Both the position numbers and the translations under genes were made by a program. This document shows positions 12,311 to 21,952 of a stretch of DNA of 64,000 nucleotides, piece by piece. The stretch is taken from NCBI GenBank assembly GCA_963790475.1, contig CAWBOS010000013.1, forward strand, positions 64,001-128,000, in the 5' to 3' direction. The notes under the pieces were generated by a model. The model was given only the letters and a program-made list of their open reading frames with translations. It was not told the origin of the DNA and did no database searches. Source of the stretch: an uncultured delta proteobacterium (lineage in GTDB: Bacteria > Desulfobacterota > RBG-13-43-22). Position 1 is the stretch's first letter, and the number at the start of each line of letters is the position of its first letter.

Positions 12311-13803
12311 TGCCTACCCATGACTTTTAGATTAGTATTGAGGAAAGGAATTCCAGTTAAAGAGTCTTTTCCCCTGGAATTGACATCAACGCCTAATTGA
12401 ATCTGAAAACCTCTTTCCCTGAATAACCTCAGACACGAATCCACTGCATCACCGTCGTAAAGTGTCCCCTTGTTTTTCGAAATCTCCTCCAGAGCAGCAT
12501 CAATCCCCAAGGCCGGACGGTAGGGCCGGTAGGAAGCCATGGCCTCGACCACATCGGCCACAGCCAGGATGCTGGCCTCGATGAGGATATCATCTCCCTT
12601 CAAACCCCGGGGATATCCTGAGCCGTCCATGCGCTCATGGTGCTGATAGACCATTTCTGCCAGTGGCCAGGGGGATTCCACATTCTTGAGAATATCGTAC
12701 CCCTTTTGAGGGTGTTCTTTAATCAGGGAAAACTCGATTTCAGACAGTTTGGTCGGCTTGGACAATATCTCGGCCGGTATGGATAGTTTTCCTATGTCAT
12801 GAATGGAACCGGCCATGAGGATACCGTCGATCTTTTCCTTCGAAAGCCCTATCTCGGCGGCAATGGCCCGGGCCAGGTCCGCGGACCGGGTCTGGTGACC
12901 GGCGGTATAGGGATCTCTGGTTTCCACGGCGGAGGCCAAGACCTGGATGATCGTGCGAAAAGACTTCCTGAGACTCACCAGGGAATGCTGAACTTCTTCT
13001 TCAGCCTTCTTTCGCTCGGTGATATCACGGGTTACTCCAAGAATACCCACCGGTCGCTGATCTTCATCTCTGATAAAGGAAAACTTCACCTCCGTCCACA
13101 CGGTGGTCCCATCTTTTCGCCTCATTTCCAACTGAAGCGTCCGGGATATGGGAATCTCTCTATGTTCGGATTTTTCCAGCTCCATGACCTCGGATATGGT
13201 CCTCATGGCCAGATCCCGGGAGGAGGGCGTCAAGGTCTCAAAAGCTGGTTGTTTCATCACCTCTTCCGGTTCATATCCCCTCAGGATTTTTACGGAAGGG
13301 CTGACATAGGTGTAATTCAGATTCATATCCAAAACGAAAATGACGTCATTGACATTATCGGCCAGCAGGCGATATTTGTTTTCACTTTCCTTCAAACTCT
13401 TTTCCGCCTGCCTGCGCTCTCGCCGGTCCTCCGCATCCTGCAGGGCATGTTCAACGGCAGAGGCGAGGCGGGACAGCCGGTCCTTTATGATGTAGTCATG
13501 CGCCCCGGCCTTGACTAAGGCCACCGCCGCTTCTTCGCCAATAGTGCCGGAAACGATGATAAAAGGAATATCCAGGCCGCTTTGTTTAAGAATGGCCAGG
13601 GCGCCGGGCGCATCAAATTGCGGCAGGTCATGATCCGAGATGACTATATCAAAGGTCTGCCCAGCCAGGGCTGCTTTCATCTCAGCGGCGCTGGCGGCCA
13701 CCGCATAGGTGACCCGGTAGCCCGCCGCTTCCAGCGCCCGCACCTCCAGTGCCACGTCCCTATCCGAATCCTCTATTATCAGTACCCTGAGTGGTATTTC
13801 CAT
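12307..13803 (-). CDS. REC-PAS-HD-GYP response regulator phosphodiesterase
   Basis: Start reassigned to ATG 13803 (MEIPLRVLIIED), downstream of the restored stop of the previous gene; REC, PAS, HDIGK, HHERMDGSGYP. Confidence 0.9.
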   Translation of the reverse strand: MEIPLRVLIIEDSDRDVALEVRALEAAGYRVTYAVAASAAEMKAALAGQTFDIVISDHDLPQFDAPGALAILKQSGLDIPFIIVSGTIGEEAAVALVKAGAHDYIIKDRLSRLASAVEHALQDAEDRRERRQAEKSLKESENKYRLLADNVNDVIFVLDMNLNYTYVSPSVKILRGYEPEEVMKQPAFETLTPSSRDLAMRTISEVMELEKSEHREIPISRTLQLEMRRKDGTTVWTEVKFSFIRDEDQRPVGILGVTRDITERKKAEEEVQHSLVSLRKSFRTIIQVLASAVETRDPYTAGHQTRSADLARAIAAEIGLSKEKIDGILMAGSIHDIGKLSIPAEILSKPTKLSEIEFSLIKEHPQKGYDILKNVESPWPLAEMVYQHHERMDGSGYPRGLKGDDILIEASILAVADVVEAMASYRPYRPALGIDAALEEISKNKGTLYDGDAVDSCLRLFRERGFQIQLGVDVNSRGKDSLTGIPFLNTNLKVMGRQ

Positions 13804-13810
13804 GAAGACC

Positions 13811-14250
13811 TCACTTCCCTGGCGGCAGCTCATTCAGCAATAGCCAGTACATGCCCAGAGTGCGCACCGCCTCGGCAAACTGGTGAAAATCGACCGGCTT
13901 GCGTATGTAGCTGTTGGCTCCCAGCTTGTAGCTGGAGATCATATCCGCTTCCTGATCAGACGAAGTTAAGATCACCACCGGAAGGAGCCGGTGATCTCAT
14001 TGGCGCGTATCTTCTGCAAGACCTCCAGTCCGTCTACCTTGGGGAGTTTCAGGTCCAGCAGCACCACGGCCGGGATATCCCGGACATCCCGGCCTGCATA
14101 CCGGCCGGTGGCGAAAAGGTAGTCCAGCGCCTCCCCGCCGTCCTCGGCGACAATCAGTTCATTGGCAATTTGATTCTGCTCCAGTGCCCGTTTGGTCAGC
14201 TTGACGTCACTGGGATTGTCTTCGATCAGAAGAATGTTTTTGCCTTTCAT
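13811..14250 (-). pseudogene. Rcp1-like single-domain response regulator with a 1-nt frameshift
   Basis: [10 protein letters not shown]...[11 protein letters not shown]; adding one C near 13990 restores [59 protein letters not shown], stop at 13811. Confidence 0.8.
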
Positions 14251-16133
14251 GTTGCCTCCTTCAATGTGAAGTAAAAGGTTGCCCCCTGATTTACCTTGGC
14301 CTCGGCCCAGATGCGACCACCGTGCCGGTTGATGATACGCTGCACGCTCGCCAGGCCGATGCCCGTGCCGGGGAACTCCGATGATTTGTGCAGACGCCGA
14401 AACACCCCGAACAGTTTGTGTGAATAGGCCATGTCAAAACCCACTCCGTTGTCACGCACGAAAAAGGCTTTTCCGTCCTCCTTTTCAACCTGGCCGAACT
14501 CGATGCGGCCATGAGCGTTTTTACTGCTGAACTTCGCTGCATTATCGAGCAGGTTTTTCAAAGCGATCTCTATCAGACCGGCATCTCCCAGTGCCTTCAA
14601 TCCCGGCTGAACGATAAAGTCGGCCTGGAGGGTGGGGTTTTGCTGCTGAAGGCGGGAAATGATGGCTTGAGCCATGGCCGTCATATCCAACGGCTGCTGG
14701 TCCATCTCGGCGCGGCTTTGCCGTGAAAACATCAGCAGGTCATCAATCAACCGGCCCATTATCTGCGTTTCTGAACGCACCAGGTCGATGTACTGGCGTC
14801 CCTTCTCGTCGAGTTTATCTTTGTAGTCTTCCAGCAGCGCCAGGCTCCACCCGTCAATGCCGCGCAAAGGCGCGCGCAGGTCATGGGAGACGGAGTAGGC
14901 AAAGGCTTCCAGTTCTTCATGGGCCTTTTTCAGACTATTTTCTCTCCCCCTGCGCGTGGTGATGTCCTCTATGGACAACAGAATGACTTGTTCTTTGCCC
15001 AAGATTCTTTTAATTTGCCGGGCATTCAAAAGCATTATACGTTTGCCAATGGTAGTAAAATCGTGTTCAACTTCATAGTTACCAAAGTCTGCTTTTTGGG
15101 GAAGGATGGTTTCCAGCAGTTCCCGTAGTTTAGGGATATCCCACTGTTTATTGCCCAGGTCATAAATAAGCTGTCCTAAAGTCTCTTCAGGTTTTACCCT
15201 AAAGAATTCATAAAAGGATCTGCTGACTTTGACTACTCTTAAATCTTGGTCCAGAGCGATTAAGGGTTCACGCACGGTGTTGATGATACTCTCAGCGAAT
15301 TCACTGGCTTCATCTGCGATCCGGGCAGCGGACTCTTTGCTCTGTATTTCTTTCTGAATTGTTTCGGCCATGGCGTTGAAGGAGGCGGCCAGCGTCCCGA
15401 ATTCATTGGCGGAGGAATAGCTGCTGCGGACGTCCATTTTGCCCCGGCGAAATTGTTGAGCTAACGAGGTCAGGTCTTTGAGGGGAACCCTGATCCTTTT
15501 CAGCAGTAACCAGGAGGTGATCAAAGACAGCAGCAGAATGACGGCGACCATGACGCCCAACTGGCGATTGAGAGTGTTCTTATGTTCTGTGGCCACGTAA
15601 AATAACTGGCTGCTTTTGTTGCGGGCGAAGTTGTCCACCTTCTTGACATGACCTATCAATGCCTCCGCCAGAGCGTTTTCCAGGCCGTCCAAATTGCTAC
15701 GGGCCTCGGCTTCAAAGGCCTTTCTCGCCCTGAGGAGCCGGAGGGTCTCCTCGCAGATGGCGTCCCACTTTACCAGTTCGTCATCCAGGGTGGCGATATC
15801 GCCGCGAGGGCCGAGGTAGCGGTCATAGAGGACATTGATCTGCCTCGAGGCATCGGCCTTGTGGGTTTTGATCCTGAACAGGAAAGCCGAGATTTCCTTC
15901 TCGTTCATGGCCAGCAGAAGGCCTCTGATACTACGGTGCATGACCAGGAAGTCGGCCTTGAGCTCACCCACCGCCTGGGTGACCTGAAGCGGATGGTCAT
16001 AGAGTTCCTTGGTCTGAAGCCAGAGTGCGTCCGTCTGGACCCAAGCCAGGGCGGCGAGAATAACCCCCATGGCCAGGATGACGCCTATGCCGATGCACAG
16101 TTGCCTGCCGATTTTCAGATCTTTCATTTTCAT
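14247..16133 (-). CDS. Sensor histidine kinase (four-helix sensor, HAMP, PAS, Cph1-type HisKA/HATPase)
   Basis: 2 TM, HAMP ([13 protein letters not shown]), [35 protein letters not shown]. Confidence 0.92.
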   Translation of the reverse strand: MKMKDLKIGRQLCIGIGVILAMGVILAALAWVQTDALWLQTKELYDHPLQVTQAVGELKADFLVMHRSIRGLLLAMNEKEISAFLFRIKTHKADASRQINVLYDRYLGPRGDIATLDDELVKWDAICEETLRLLRARKAFEAEARSNLDGLENALAEALIGHVKKVDNFARNKSSQLFYVATEHKNTLNRQLGVMVAVILLLSLITSWLLLKRIRVPLKDLTSLAQQFRRGKMDVRSSYSSANEFGTLAASFNAMAETIQKEIQSKESAARIADEASEFAESIINTVREPLIALDQDLRVVKVSRSFYEFFRVKPEETLGQLIYDLGNKQWDIPKLRELLETILPQKADFGNYEVEHDFTTIGKRIMLLNARQIKRILGKEQVILLSIEDITTRRGRENSLKKAHEELEAFAYSVSHDLRAPLRGIDGWSLALLEDYKDKLDEKGRQYIDLVRSETQIMGRLIDDLLMFSRQSRAEMDQQPLDMTAMAQAIISRLQQQNPTLQADFIVQPGLKALGDAGLIEIALKNLLDNAAKFSSKNAHGRIEFGQVEKEDGKAFFVRDNGVGFDMAYSHKLFGVFRRLHKSSEFPGTGIGLASVQRIINRHGGRIWAEAKVNQGATFYFTLKEAT

Positions 16134-16158
16134 TGTTTACTCATCCCGAAATCGGAAG

Positions 16159-16893
16159 TTATTCAAACCCAAACCCTTTCTCTTTGAACAAACCCAGACA
16201 CTTCTTCACCACATCCGGATGGTACAATATCCCCTTATTCTTCTTTATCTCGTCCAGGGCGGCATCGATCCCCAGAGCGGGACGATAAGGCCGGTAGGAG
16301 GCTATGGCCTCCACCACGTCGGCCACCATAAGGATCTGGGCTTCCGGGGAGATGTCTTCTCCCTTAAGCCCCTGGGGATACCCGGTACCGTTTAGACGCT
16401 CATGATGCTGTAAAACCGTTTCGGCCAAGGGCCAGGGAAAATCAATGTCCTTAAGGATATCATGTCCTGTTTGAGAATGGGTCTGGATCAGTTCGTATTC
16501 GATCTTTGTTAACTTTTTTGTTTTGCTTAAAATCCCGGCTGGGATGGATACCTTGCCCAGATCATGAATAATCCCGGCCATAAGTAACCCATTCTGCTGA
16601 TCCTCGGCCAACCCCATTTCCCAGCCTATGGCACGGGCCAGATCGGCCGTACGCCGCCGATGACCGGCGGTATAGGGGTCCCTGGACTCCAACGTATCCG
16701 AAAGGCCCTGAATGATACCGGCAATAACCTTTCGAACTTTCTCCATATTAGGACTGAGCTTTTCATGGGCTTGATCGATGAAGGATACCTGGGCTACCCT
16801 TGTATGGACATCAAATGTACGCCCGTTTACCGCTTCATCTCTCACTTTACGGTCGAGATTCCGGGTTTCGGTTTGAATTTCTTGCCTTCCCAT
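16159..16893 (-). CDS. Stand-alone HD-GYP domain protein
   Basis: RDPYTAGH, HDLGK, HHERLNGTGYP. Confidence 0.88.
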   Translation of the reverse strand: MGRQEIQTETRNLDRKVRDEAVNGRTFDVHTRVAQVSFIDQAHEKLSPNMEKVRKVIAGIIQGLSDTLESRDPYTAGHRRRTADLARAIGWEMGLAEDQQNGLLMAGIIHDLGKVSIPAGILSKTKKLTKIEYELIQTHSQTGHDILKDIDFPWPLAETVLQHHERLNGTGYPQGLKGEDISPEAQILMVADVVEAIASYRPYRPALGIDAALDEIKKNKGILYHPDVVKKCLGLFKEKGFGFE

Positions 16894-16993
16894 AAAACAC
16901 TTCCATTTCCGATTGCGGATTGCGGAATATTTTGAATCCCGCTCTATTTCGGAATGCCGATTTCGAAAATATTTATTATCATTTCGACTTGAG

Positions 16994-17596
16994 TTAACCT
17001 TTCTTTTGTTGACTGTAATACAGGAAACCGAATAAAACCCTTTGTATATAGTTGCGGGTTTCCGGGAAAGGAGGAACCCCGTCGTAGATCAAGACCCGCT
17101 TTAACCCGGCATTATAAGCGGCTAAGGCTAAAAGCGGATCCCCTTCGAAAAAATCCAGAAGGGATCTAAGATGGCCGACCCCGGCATAGATATTTTCCTT
17201 CGGGTCAAAGGGATCATGGTAACCCCGGGAAGAAGCCAACCTCGGCCGTATCTGCATCAGACCGACTGCTCCCCGGGGAGAAACAGCCAAGTTTTCGAAC
17301 CGTGACTCAACCTGGATGATTGCCTTTATAAGAAAAGGATCTATGTCATACCTTAAGGCTGCCGCCTTGATGATAGGATCGTACTTTTTTTCTTTTTGAC
17401 TTAAATCTTCCCGAGTGATGGGAAGCGCTGGTGAAACGGGAAGGTTATCGGATCGGTTTAGGGTGACGAATGTTTGATGAACAAGGGGGAAACGCAGGTC
17501 CACAGCTGCTAACCCCGCAACCAGAAAGAAAAATAAGATGAAGCCTGATTTCATGCCCAGCCTCACTATAATTCGCCTGTAAATCTTGATATACAT
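16994..17596 (-). CDS. Lytic transglycosylase (SLT domain)
   Basis: IQVES, GAVGLMQI, ALAAYNAG, PPFPETRNY; likely start MKSGF with N-terminal hydrophobic segment. Confidence 0.88.
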   Translation of the reverse strand: MYIKIYRRIIVRLGMKSGFILFFFLVAGLAAVDLRFPLVHQTFVTLNRSDNLPVSPALPITREDLSQKEKKYDPIIKAAALRYDIDPFLIKAIIQVESRFENLAVSPRGAVGLMQIRPRLASSRGYHDPFDPKENIYAGVGHLRSLLDFFEGDPLLALAAYNAGLKRVLIYDGVPPFPETRNYIQRVLFGFLYYSQQKKG

Positions 17597-17681
17597 TTCC
17601 CAATTTTTTCTCTTTACCTGCTTTACTCAATTTGGATAAACTTTAAGCTAAGTTTTTTTGTCGCTAAAATTGTCTTTAGTC

Positions 17682-17802
17682 TGAACTTTTGCAAAAATCC
17701 CGTGAGGTCATTCCGGTGAAAGCCGGAATCCAGTCTTTTCAATGCATTTTGGACACCGGCTTTCGTCGCTGTGACGAAATTTGAGAGATTTGCAAGAACC
17801 TC
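17682..17802. mobile_element. 121-bp MITE-like element, copy A, carrying dRS3/RPE-like palindromes
   Basis: Same length as, and highly similar to, 33146-33266; imperfect TIRs ...TTTTGCAAAA / TTTGCAAGAACCTC; internal GTCATTCCGGTGAAAGCCGGAATCCAG. Confidence 0.7.
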
Positions 17803-17823
17803 ATCTGTTATGAAATTTCCCCC

Positions 17824-18861
17824 TCATATTTTAGATTTCTCCAGATTATTTATGGCCGTACCCGTGATATGGGATAAACGGGACAGAAAAAATTCCTCCC
17901 GACGGATCAGCCGGCGATGAGGGGTGTTGACTCTTAAATAAAGAGTTCCCAGGCTTTTTTCCTGATAGAAGATAGGCATTTTTTTTAGAATATACCCGGA
18001 AACCTTTTTTCTACCCGGCAACCTATCTTCCGGGACCTCTCCTGAATTATTAAACAAAGATTGCTTGAGTGCCGGATATCTTTTCAAGTCAATAAGAATA
18101 GCTTTCTTTTCAGCACGATCGTTGGAAGAAACCATTCTGGCCGTCTCTTCCCGGCTATCCACCAATATGGCCATGCAACTCTGGAGGACTAATTTTTCAT
18201 TTAAGGTCTGTGTCACTTTAATCAGGAAATCCGATAGATTTTTATTCCGGCCGATGGATTGCGCCAAATCCGTCAGAACCTCCAGTTCCCGAACATCTTC
18301 TTTAAGCAGTTCCTGTCCCTGCCTGACCCGATCATACGCTTCGATCATGGTGATAAAGAAGGAACTGATCACAAAAATAAAGGGGAACCGGAGTAAAAAA
18401 ACGGGTTCCTTGAAGAATTGGGGATACTTTAAATAGGAGAATAATCCATAACCGATAATCAGCAGCCCGGAAGAGAACAGGATAAATTTGGCCTGTCGGG
18501 TAAAAGCGGCTATAAATAGGATCAGGAAATAGATCAAAAAAAACTCCGAATCGATCCAGGCCGATGTAAAAATGACCAAAGAGGTCATCCCGATATCGAT
18601 CAGCAGGATGAGAAAAATAAAGACATCTTTTTCAAACCATCTTGCCGGTGTCACCATTAAAAAAGGATTGGAAAGGACATAGGCGACAAAGAGAAAATAA
18701 GGCAGGGATAGAAGGGATTGGCCGGGGGAGCTGAAAGCAATCAGGTATCCGACAACGATAATAAGAATCCAACGAATTAATATTATAGTCCTTCTTCCGA
18801 AATCTTCACGGATCAGAAATTGCTCCTTAGCCGCAGTTTTATCTTTCATCCCTTTTGTCAT
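17824..18861 (-). CDS. Membrane protein with C-terminal GAF-like domain and no output domain
   Basis: About 6 TM segments, coiled coil, GAF-like C-terminus (MPIFYQEKSLGTLYL...FFLSRLSHITGTAINN). Confidence 0.65.
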   Translation of the reverse strand: MTKGMKDKTAAKEQFLIREDFGRRTIILIRWILIIVVGYLIAFSSPGQSLLSLPYFLFVAYVLSNPFLMVTPARWFEKDVFIFLILLIDIGMTSLVIFTSAWIDSEFFLIYFLILFIAAFTRQAKFILFSSGLLIIGYGLFSYLKYPQFFKEPVFLLRFPFIFVISSFFITMIEAYDRVRQGQELLKEDVRELEVLTDLAQSIGRNKNLSDFLIKVTQTLNEKLVLQSCMAILVDSREETARMVSSNDRAEKKAILIDLKRYPALKQSLFNNSGEVPEDRLPGRKKVSGYILKKMPIFYQEKSLGTLYLRVNTPHRRLIRREEFFLSRLSHITGTAINNLEKSKI

Positions 18862-18903
18862 TTCTTTTTAAGAAAATTATCCATGAATATTTTTTTTGCG
18901 GTT

Positions 18904-19215
18904 TTAACCAGCCGCCTTCAGCGAGGCCTCCAAATTGGCTATTCTTTCCTCCATTTTACCTAAAGAATCTCTTTCCTGTGCTAATTGGGCCTTAGAGCTG
19001 AAGGCCGGGTTGTTAACCCACCAGTCCATGCCCATCTCCTTGGCCTTATCAACGGAGCAGATTACCAGTCGGATCTGAATCGTCAGCAACTCGACGTCAA
19101 CCAGGTTAATCCTGATATCGCCCGCAATAACAATACCCTTGTCCAGGATCCTTTCCAGAAGATCCGCCAGATTCGTACTTTCCAGAGAATGTCGAGCACT
19201 CTGTTGGATTGCCAT
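18904..19215 (-). CDS. gvpJ: Gas vesicle protein, GvpA family (GvpJ-like)
   Basis: [19 protein letters not shown]...LLTIQIRLVICSVDKAKEMGMDWW. Confidence 0.88.
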   Translation of the reverse strand: MAIQQSARHSLESTNLADLLERILDKGIVIAGDIRINLVDVELLTIQIRLVICSVDKAKEMGMDWWVNNPAFSSKAQLAQERDSLGKMEERIANLEASLKAAG

Positions 19216-19244
19216 TTTTCTTTCCCCCTTTTTTCAAGCACCTG

Positions 19245-19619
19245 CTATAAAAGTTTGCCCAAAGGTCCCAAATCCAGATTCAAATCCTCTTCTTCGAGAC
19301 CGAATTCGCGGGAGATCCTTCTGATCTCTTCGGATTGCCGCATCAGAGTGAAGCCGAGGCGTTCGATCTCTTCATCCGTAAGGCCGCCCCCGTCAATCCT
19401 GCGGATGGCCTGCTTCTCCAGTAGTTCGTGCAGTAATTTGACAACGGTCAGAACAAGCTGCGCCAGGCCGTTCTTCTTTTTTTCCTGATCGAGGTTCAGT
19501 CTTCGTGAGGATGCCCCATTGCCACGGAGCGCCATGGTTCGTGCAAAATCGCTTATGGCCGGCGACTCCACCTGTGCCTCTTCCTGAAGCTGGTTGGGCG
19601 AAGCGGTGTCAATCATCAT
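19245..19619 (-). CDS. gvpK: Gas vesicle protein GvpK
   Basis: GLAQLVLTVVKLLHELLEKQAIRR...LNLDLGPLGKLL. Confidence 0.93.
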   Translation of the reverse strand: MMIDTASPNQLQEEAQVESPAISDFARTMALRGNGASSRRLNLDQEKKKNGLAQLVLTVVKLLHELLEKQAIRRIDGGGLTDEEIERLGFTLMRQSEEIRRISREFGLEEEDLNLDLGPLGKLL

Positions 19620-19810
19620 AATACTATCCCTTCCTCCCGCCGGGCCGTTTCTACGGAGGTCAGGATGACCCGCAGGCCCAGGTAAACGAGATCAATGTCG
19701 GCTACGGAGATCATGACATCACCGACAATCACAGCACCTTTGTTGAGTACCCGATCGAGGGCCTCGCAAAGACTGACGTGTTCCTTTTCTTCCAGGGCAT
19801 AATCAGGCAG
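19616..19810 (-). CDS. Small GvpA-family protein (GvpS/GvpM/GvpA2-like), missed by the ORF track
   Basis: (L)PDYALEEKEHVSLCEALDRVLNKGAVIVGDVMISVADIDLVYLGLRVILTSVETARREEGIVL*; stop overlaps the gvpK ATG; only plausible start is CTG 19810 (or ATT 19813). Confidence 0.82.
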   Translation of the reverse strand: MPDYALEEKEHVSLCEALDRVLNKGAVIVGDVMISVADIDLVYLGLRVILTSVETARREEGIVL

Positions 19811-21890
19811 AATGCACCTTACTTTCTGTCATTTCGGGTTTGAGCATGAATCCCCTATTTTCAATGAGGTGTACACTTCTCGGCTTCCCGCCGGAGCCTG
19901 CCATCGAATACCTTTGTCGAGGGCGGGTATGGCTACTTTTTGCCAATCCATCCTTATCGGGGGGTTGATAGAGAAGCTGCCCGAGGGCCTCAAGATTTTC
20001 ATTTCCGCGGGTATCGCTCTGCCAATAAACGACTGTCTGGCAGACGCCGGGAAAAGCCAGGGCAAATCGTTCCCGGACAGCAAATTCACGGTGGGAAATG
20101 GCCCGGCAGAGGGGATCGGGACTTTCCAGTGTCGCCATGTTCAAAAATATTCCGGGAACTGAAAGTTCCAGACGCCTGCAGGCGGAGACAAGATCCGTCG
20201 TCTCCGCAAAGGACATCTCGGTGAGAATACTGACCGCGTAGAGGGCCGCCCGGGATGGGTCACGCAGTATCGCCCGCAGACGTTTCAGATCCTTGGATAG
20301 CCTGACCAGTCGCCCGGAGATCCCCGGGAATCGAAAGATATTCCGGTACTTCAGGATGAGGTTGAAAAAGGCCTTCAACCATCCCTCGATGATCTCCGGC
20401 AATTCCAACAGCCTGATCAGGTGACCTGTCGGCGCCGCATCGAGAACCAGGAGGTCGTAGCCCCCCGGGGTCAGGAAATCCATCACTGCGGCCAGGGCCA
20501 TCAGTTCGTCGATCCCCGGGGGTGAAAGGTCCATAATCCGTTCCATGACCTCACGATCAAAGGTCAGATCGAGGTTCGGCATCAACTGGGAAAGAAATTG
20601 CGCCAGTTCATTCCGGTATTGATTTTTCAGGGATTCAAAATCAGCTTTGGAATCCATTTCCATGGCCCAGAGCCCCGGTGCCGCCTGCTTCGGCTGGGGA
20701 CCGAGGGGGATGTTCAGACAATCGGCCAGGGAATGAGCCGGATCGGCCGAAAAAAGCAGAATCCTTTTTCCCGAATAGGTCTTCGCCAGACGCTGGGCCG
20801 TGGCGCAGGCCAGGGTGGTCTTACCAACCCCTCCTTTACCCGCGAAGACGAGCATTGCCGTATCCGGCGATGGCAGGGGGATCGGGCCGGTCACGCGAGG
20901 GGTTACCGGAGGCAGGAATGGCCGGCCCTCCACGGGGGATGGCGCGACTTCCATCAAACTTTCCCAGAAAGACCGAAGCGATTCCCGGCCTCTGATTTCC
21001 TCGGGATACATGGGAATTCCCCAGAGATGGAGATTGGAAAAAACAGGCTCGTTGGACAGGCGGGACAATTCCTGCAACTGGCGGGATCGGATATGACGGC
21101 AGAGCAAACAAGTATTTTCCGGATAAAGACGGTTGATGACTACATCCGCGACGCCAATACTGAGATGCTGTAATTCCCGGATCAGATCCAGGGTTTCCTC
21201 GATACACAAGGCCTCAGCCAGCATGACCGGGACAAACCGGCAACGTTGATGATCTTTGAGGAGTTTTTCCACCTCCTTGACGGAGGCGGCCAGTCCTTCG
21301 ATGAAGTGATCGAGGTCGTCTCGCTGATAGGACCCCAGGAAGAGCATCTTCATATAACGGTGTTTGGCTAAGAGGGCATCAAGGGCCTCCAGCCAGTTCC
21401 GGATCAGGGAGGGCATCTCCATGAGGCGCAGGGTGTGTCCTGTCGGCGCCGTATCCATAATGATTCGGTCATAAGTCCCTTGCTTGACCCAGCGGCCGAT
21501 CTCCAGGAAGGCAATGAGTTCATCCATTCCGGGAAGGGAAAGTTCCAGAAAACGGTTGATGTCTTCCTTATCCAGGAAGGTCCCCCGGGAGGCGATTTCC
21601 ATGAGCCGGTGTTTATTTTTCTCTTGAAAGGCTTTGAGATAGGCCTGGGCGTCCAATTCCAGAACTGCCATATTGGGAGGAGGAGTAGCCCCGGCGAAGC
21701 TGTCTTGAAGGGAATGGGCCGGATCGGTGGAGACCAGGAGCAAGGATCTTTGAGGATTTCGGAGGGCGAATTCAAAAGCCGTCGCCGCCGAGGCCGTTGT
21801 TTTTCCCACGCCGCCCTTGCCCCCGAACATTAGGAACTGCCTGTTTACCTCGGTCAAAAAACCCGGTTTCCCTGCAGCAGCGCTCATCAA
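19803..21890 (-). CDS. Tandem-domain ArsA/Get3(TRC40)-family ATPase within the gvp operon
   Basis: Two halves with GKGGVGKTT, S(T/A)DPAHSL, D(T/A)APTGH; CLLC motif in the first half. Confidence 0.9.
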   Translation of the reverse strand: MMSAAAGKPGFLTEVNRQFLMFGGKGGVGKTTASAATAFEFALRNPQRSLLLVSTDPAHSLQDSFAGATPPPNMAVLELDAQAYLKAFQEKNKHRLMEIASRGTFLDKEDINRFLELSLPGMDELIAFLEIGRWVKQGTYDRIIMDTAPTGHTLRLMEMPSLIRNWLEALDALLAKHRYMKMLFLGSYQRDDLDHFIEGLAASVKEVEKLLKDHQRCRFVPVMLAEALCIEETLDLIRELQHLSIGVADVVINRLYPENTCLLCRHIRSRQLQELSRLSNEPVFSNLHLWGIPMYPEEIRGRESLRSFWESLMEVAPSPVEGRPFLPPVTPRVTGPIPLPSPDTAMLVFAGKGGVGKTTLACATAQRLAKTYSGKRILLFSADPAHSLADCLNIPLGPQPKQAAPGLWAMEMDSKADFESLKNQYRNELAQFLSQLMPNLDLTFDREVMERIMDLSPPGIDELMALAAVMDFLTPGGYDLLVLDAAPTGHLIRLLELPEIIEGWLKAFFNLILKYRNIFRFPGISGRLVRLSKDLKRLRAILRDPSRAALYAVSILTEMSFAETTDLVSACRRLELSVPGIFLNMATLESPDPLCRAISHREFAVRERFALAFPGVCQTVVYWQSDTRGNENLEALGQLLYQPPDKDGLAKSSHTRPRQRYSMAGSGGKPRSVHLIENRGFMLKPEMTESKVHSA

Positions 21891-21952
21891 TCATTAACCC
21901 CCCGGTGAGAATCATTCAATATCCTAAAAGGTCATTCATTAAAATTTAACTT

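Noticed and set aside
19803-21890. Arsenic resistance operon
   Set aside because: No arsB, acr3, arsC, arsD or arsR in the window; the gene is embedded in the gvp operon
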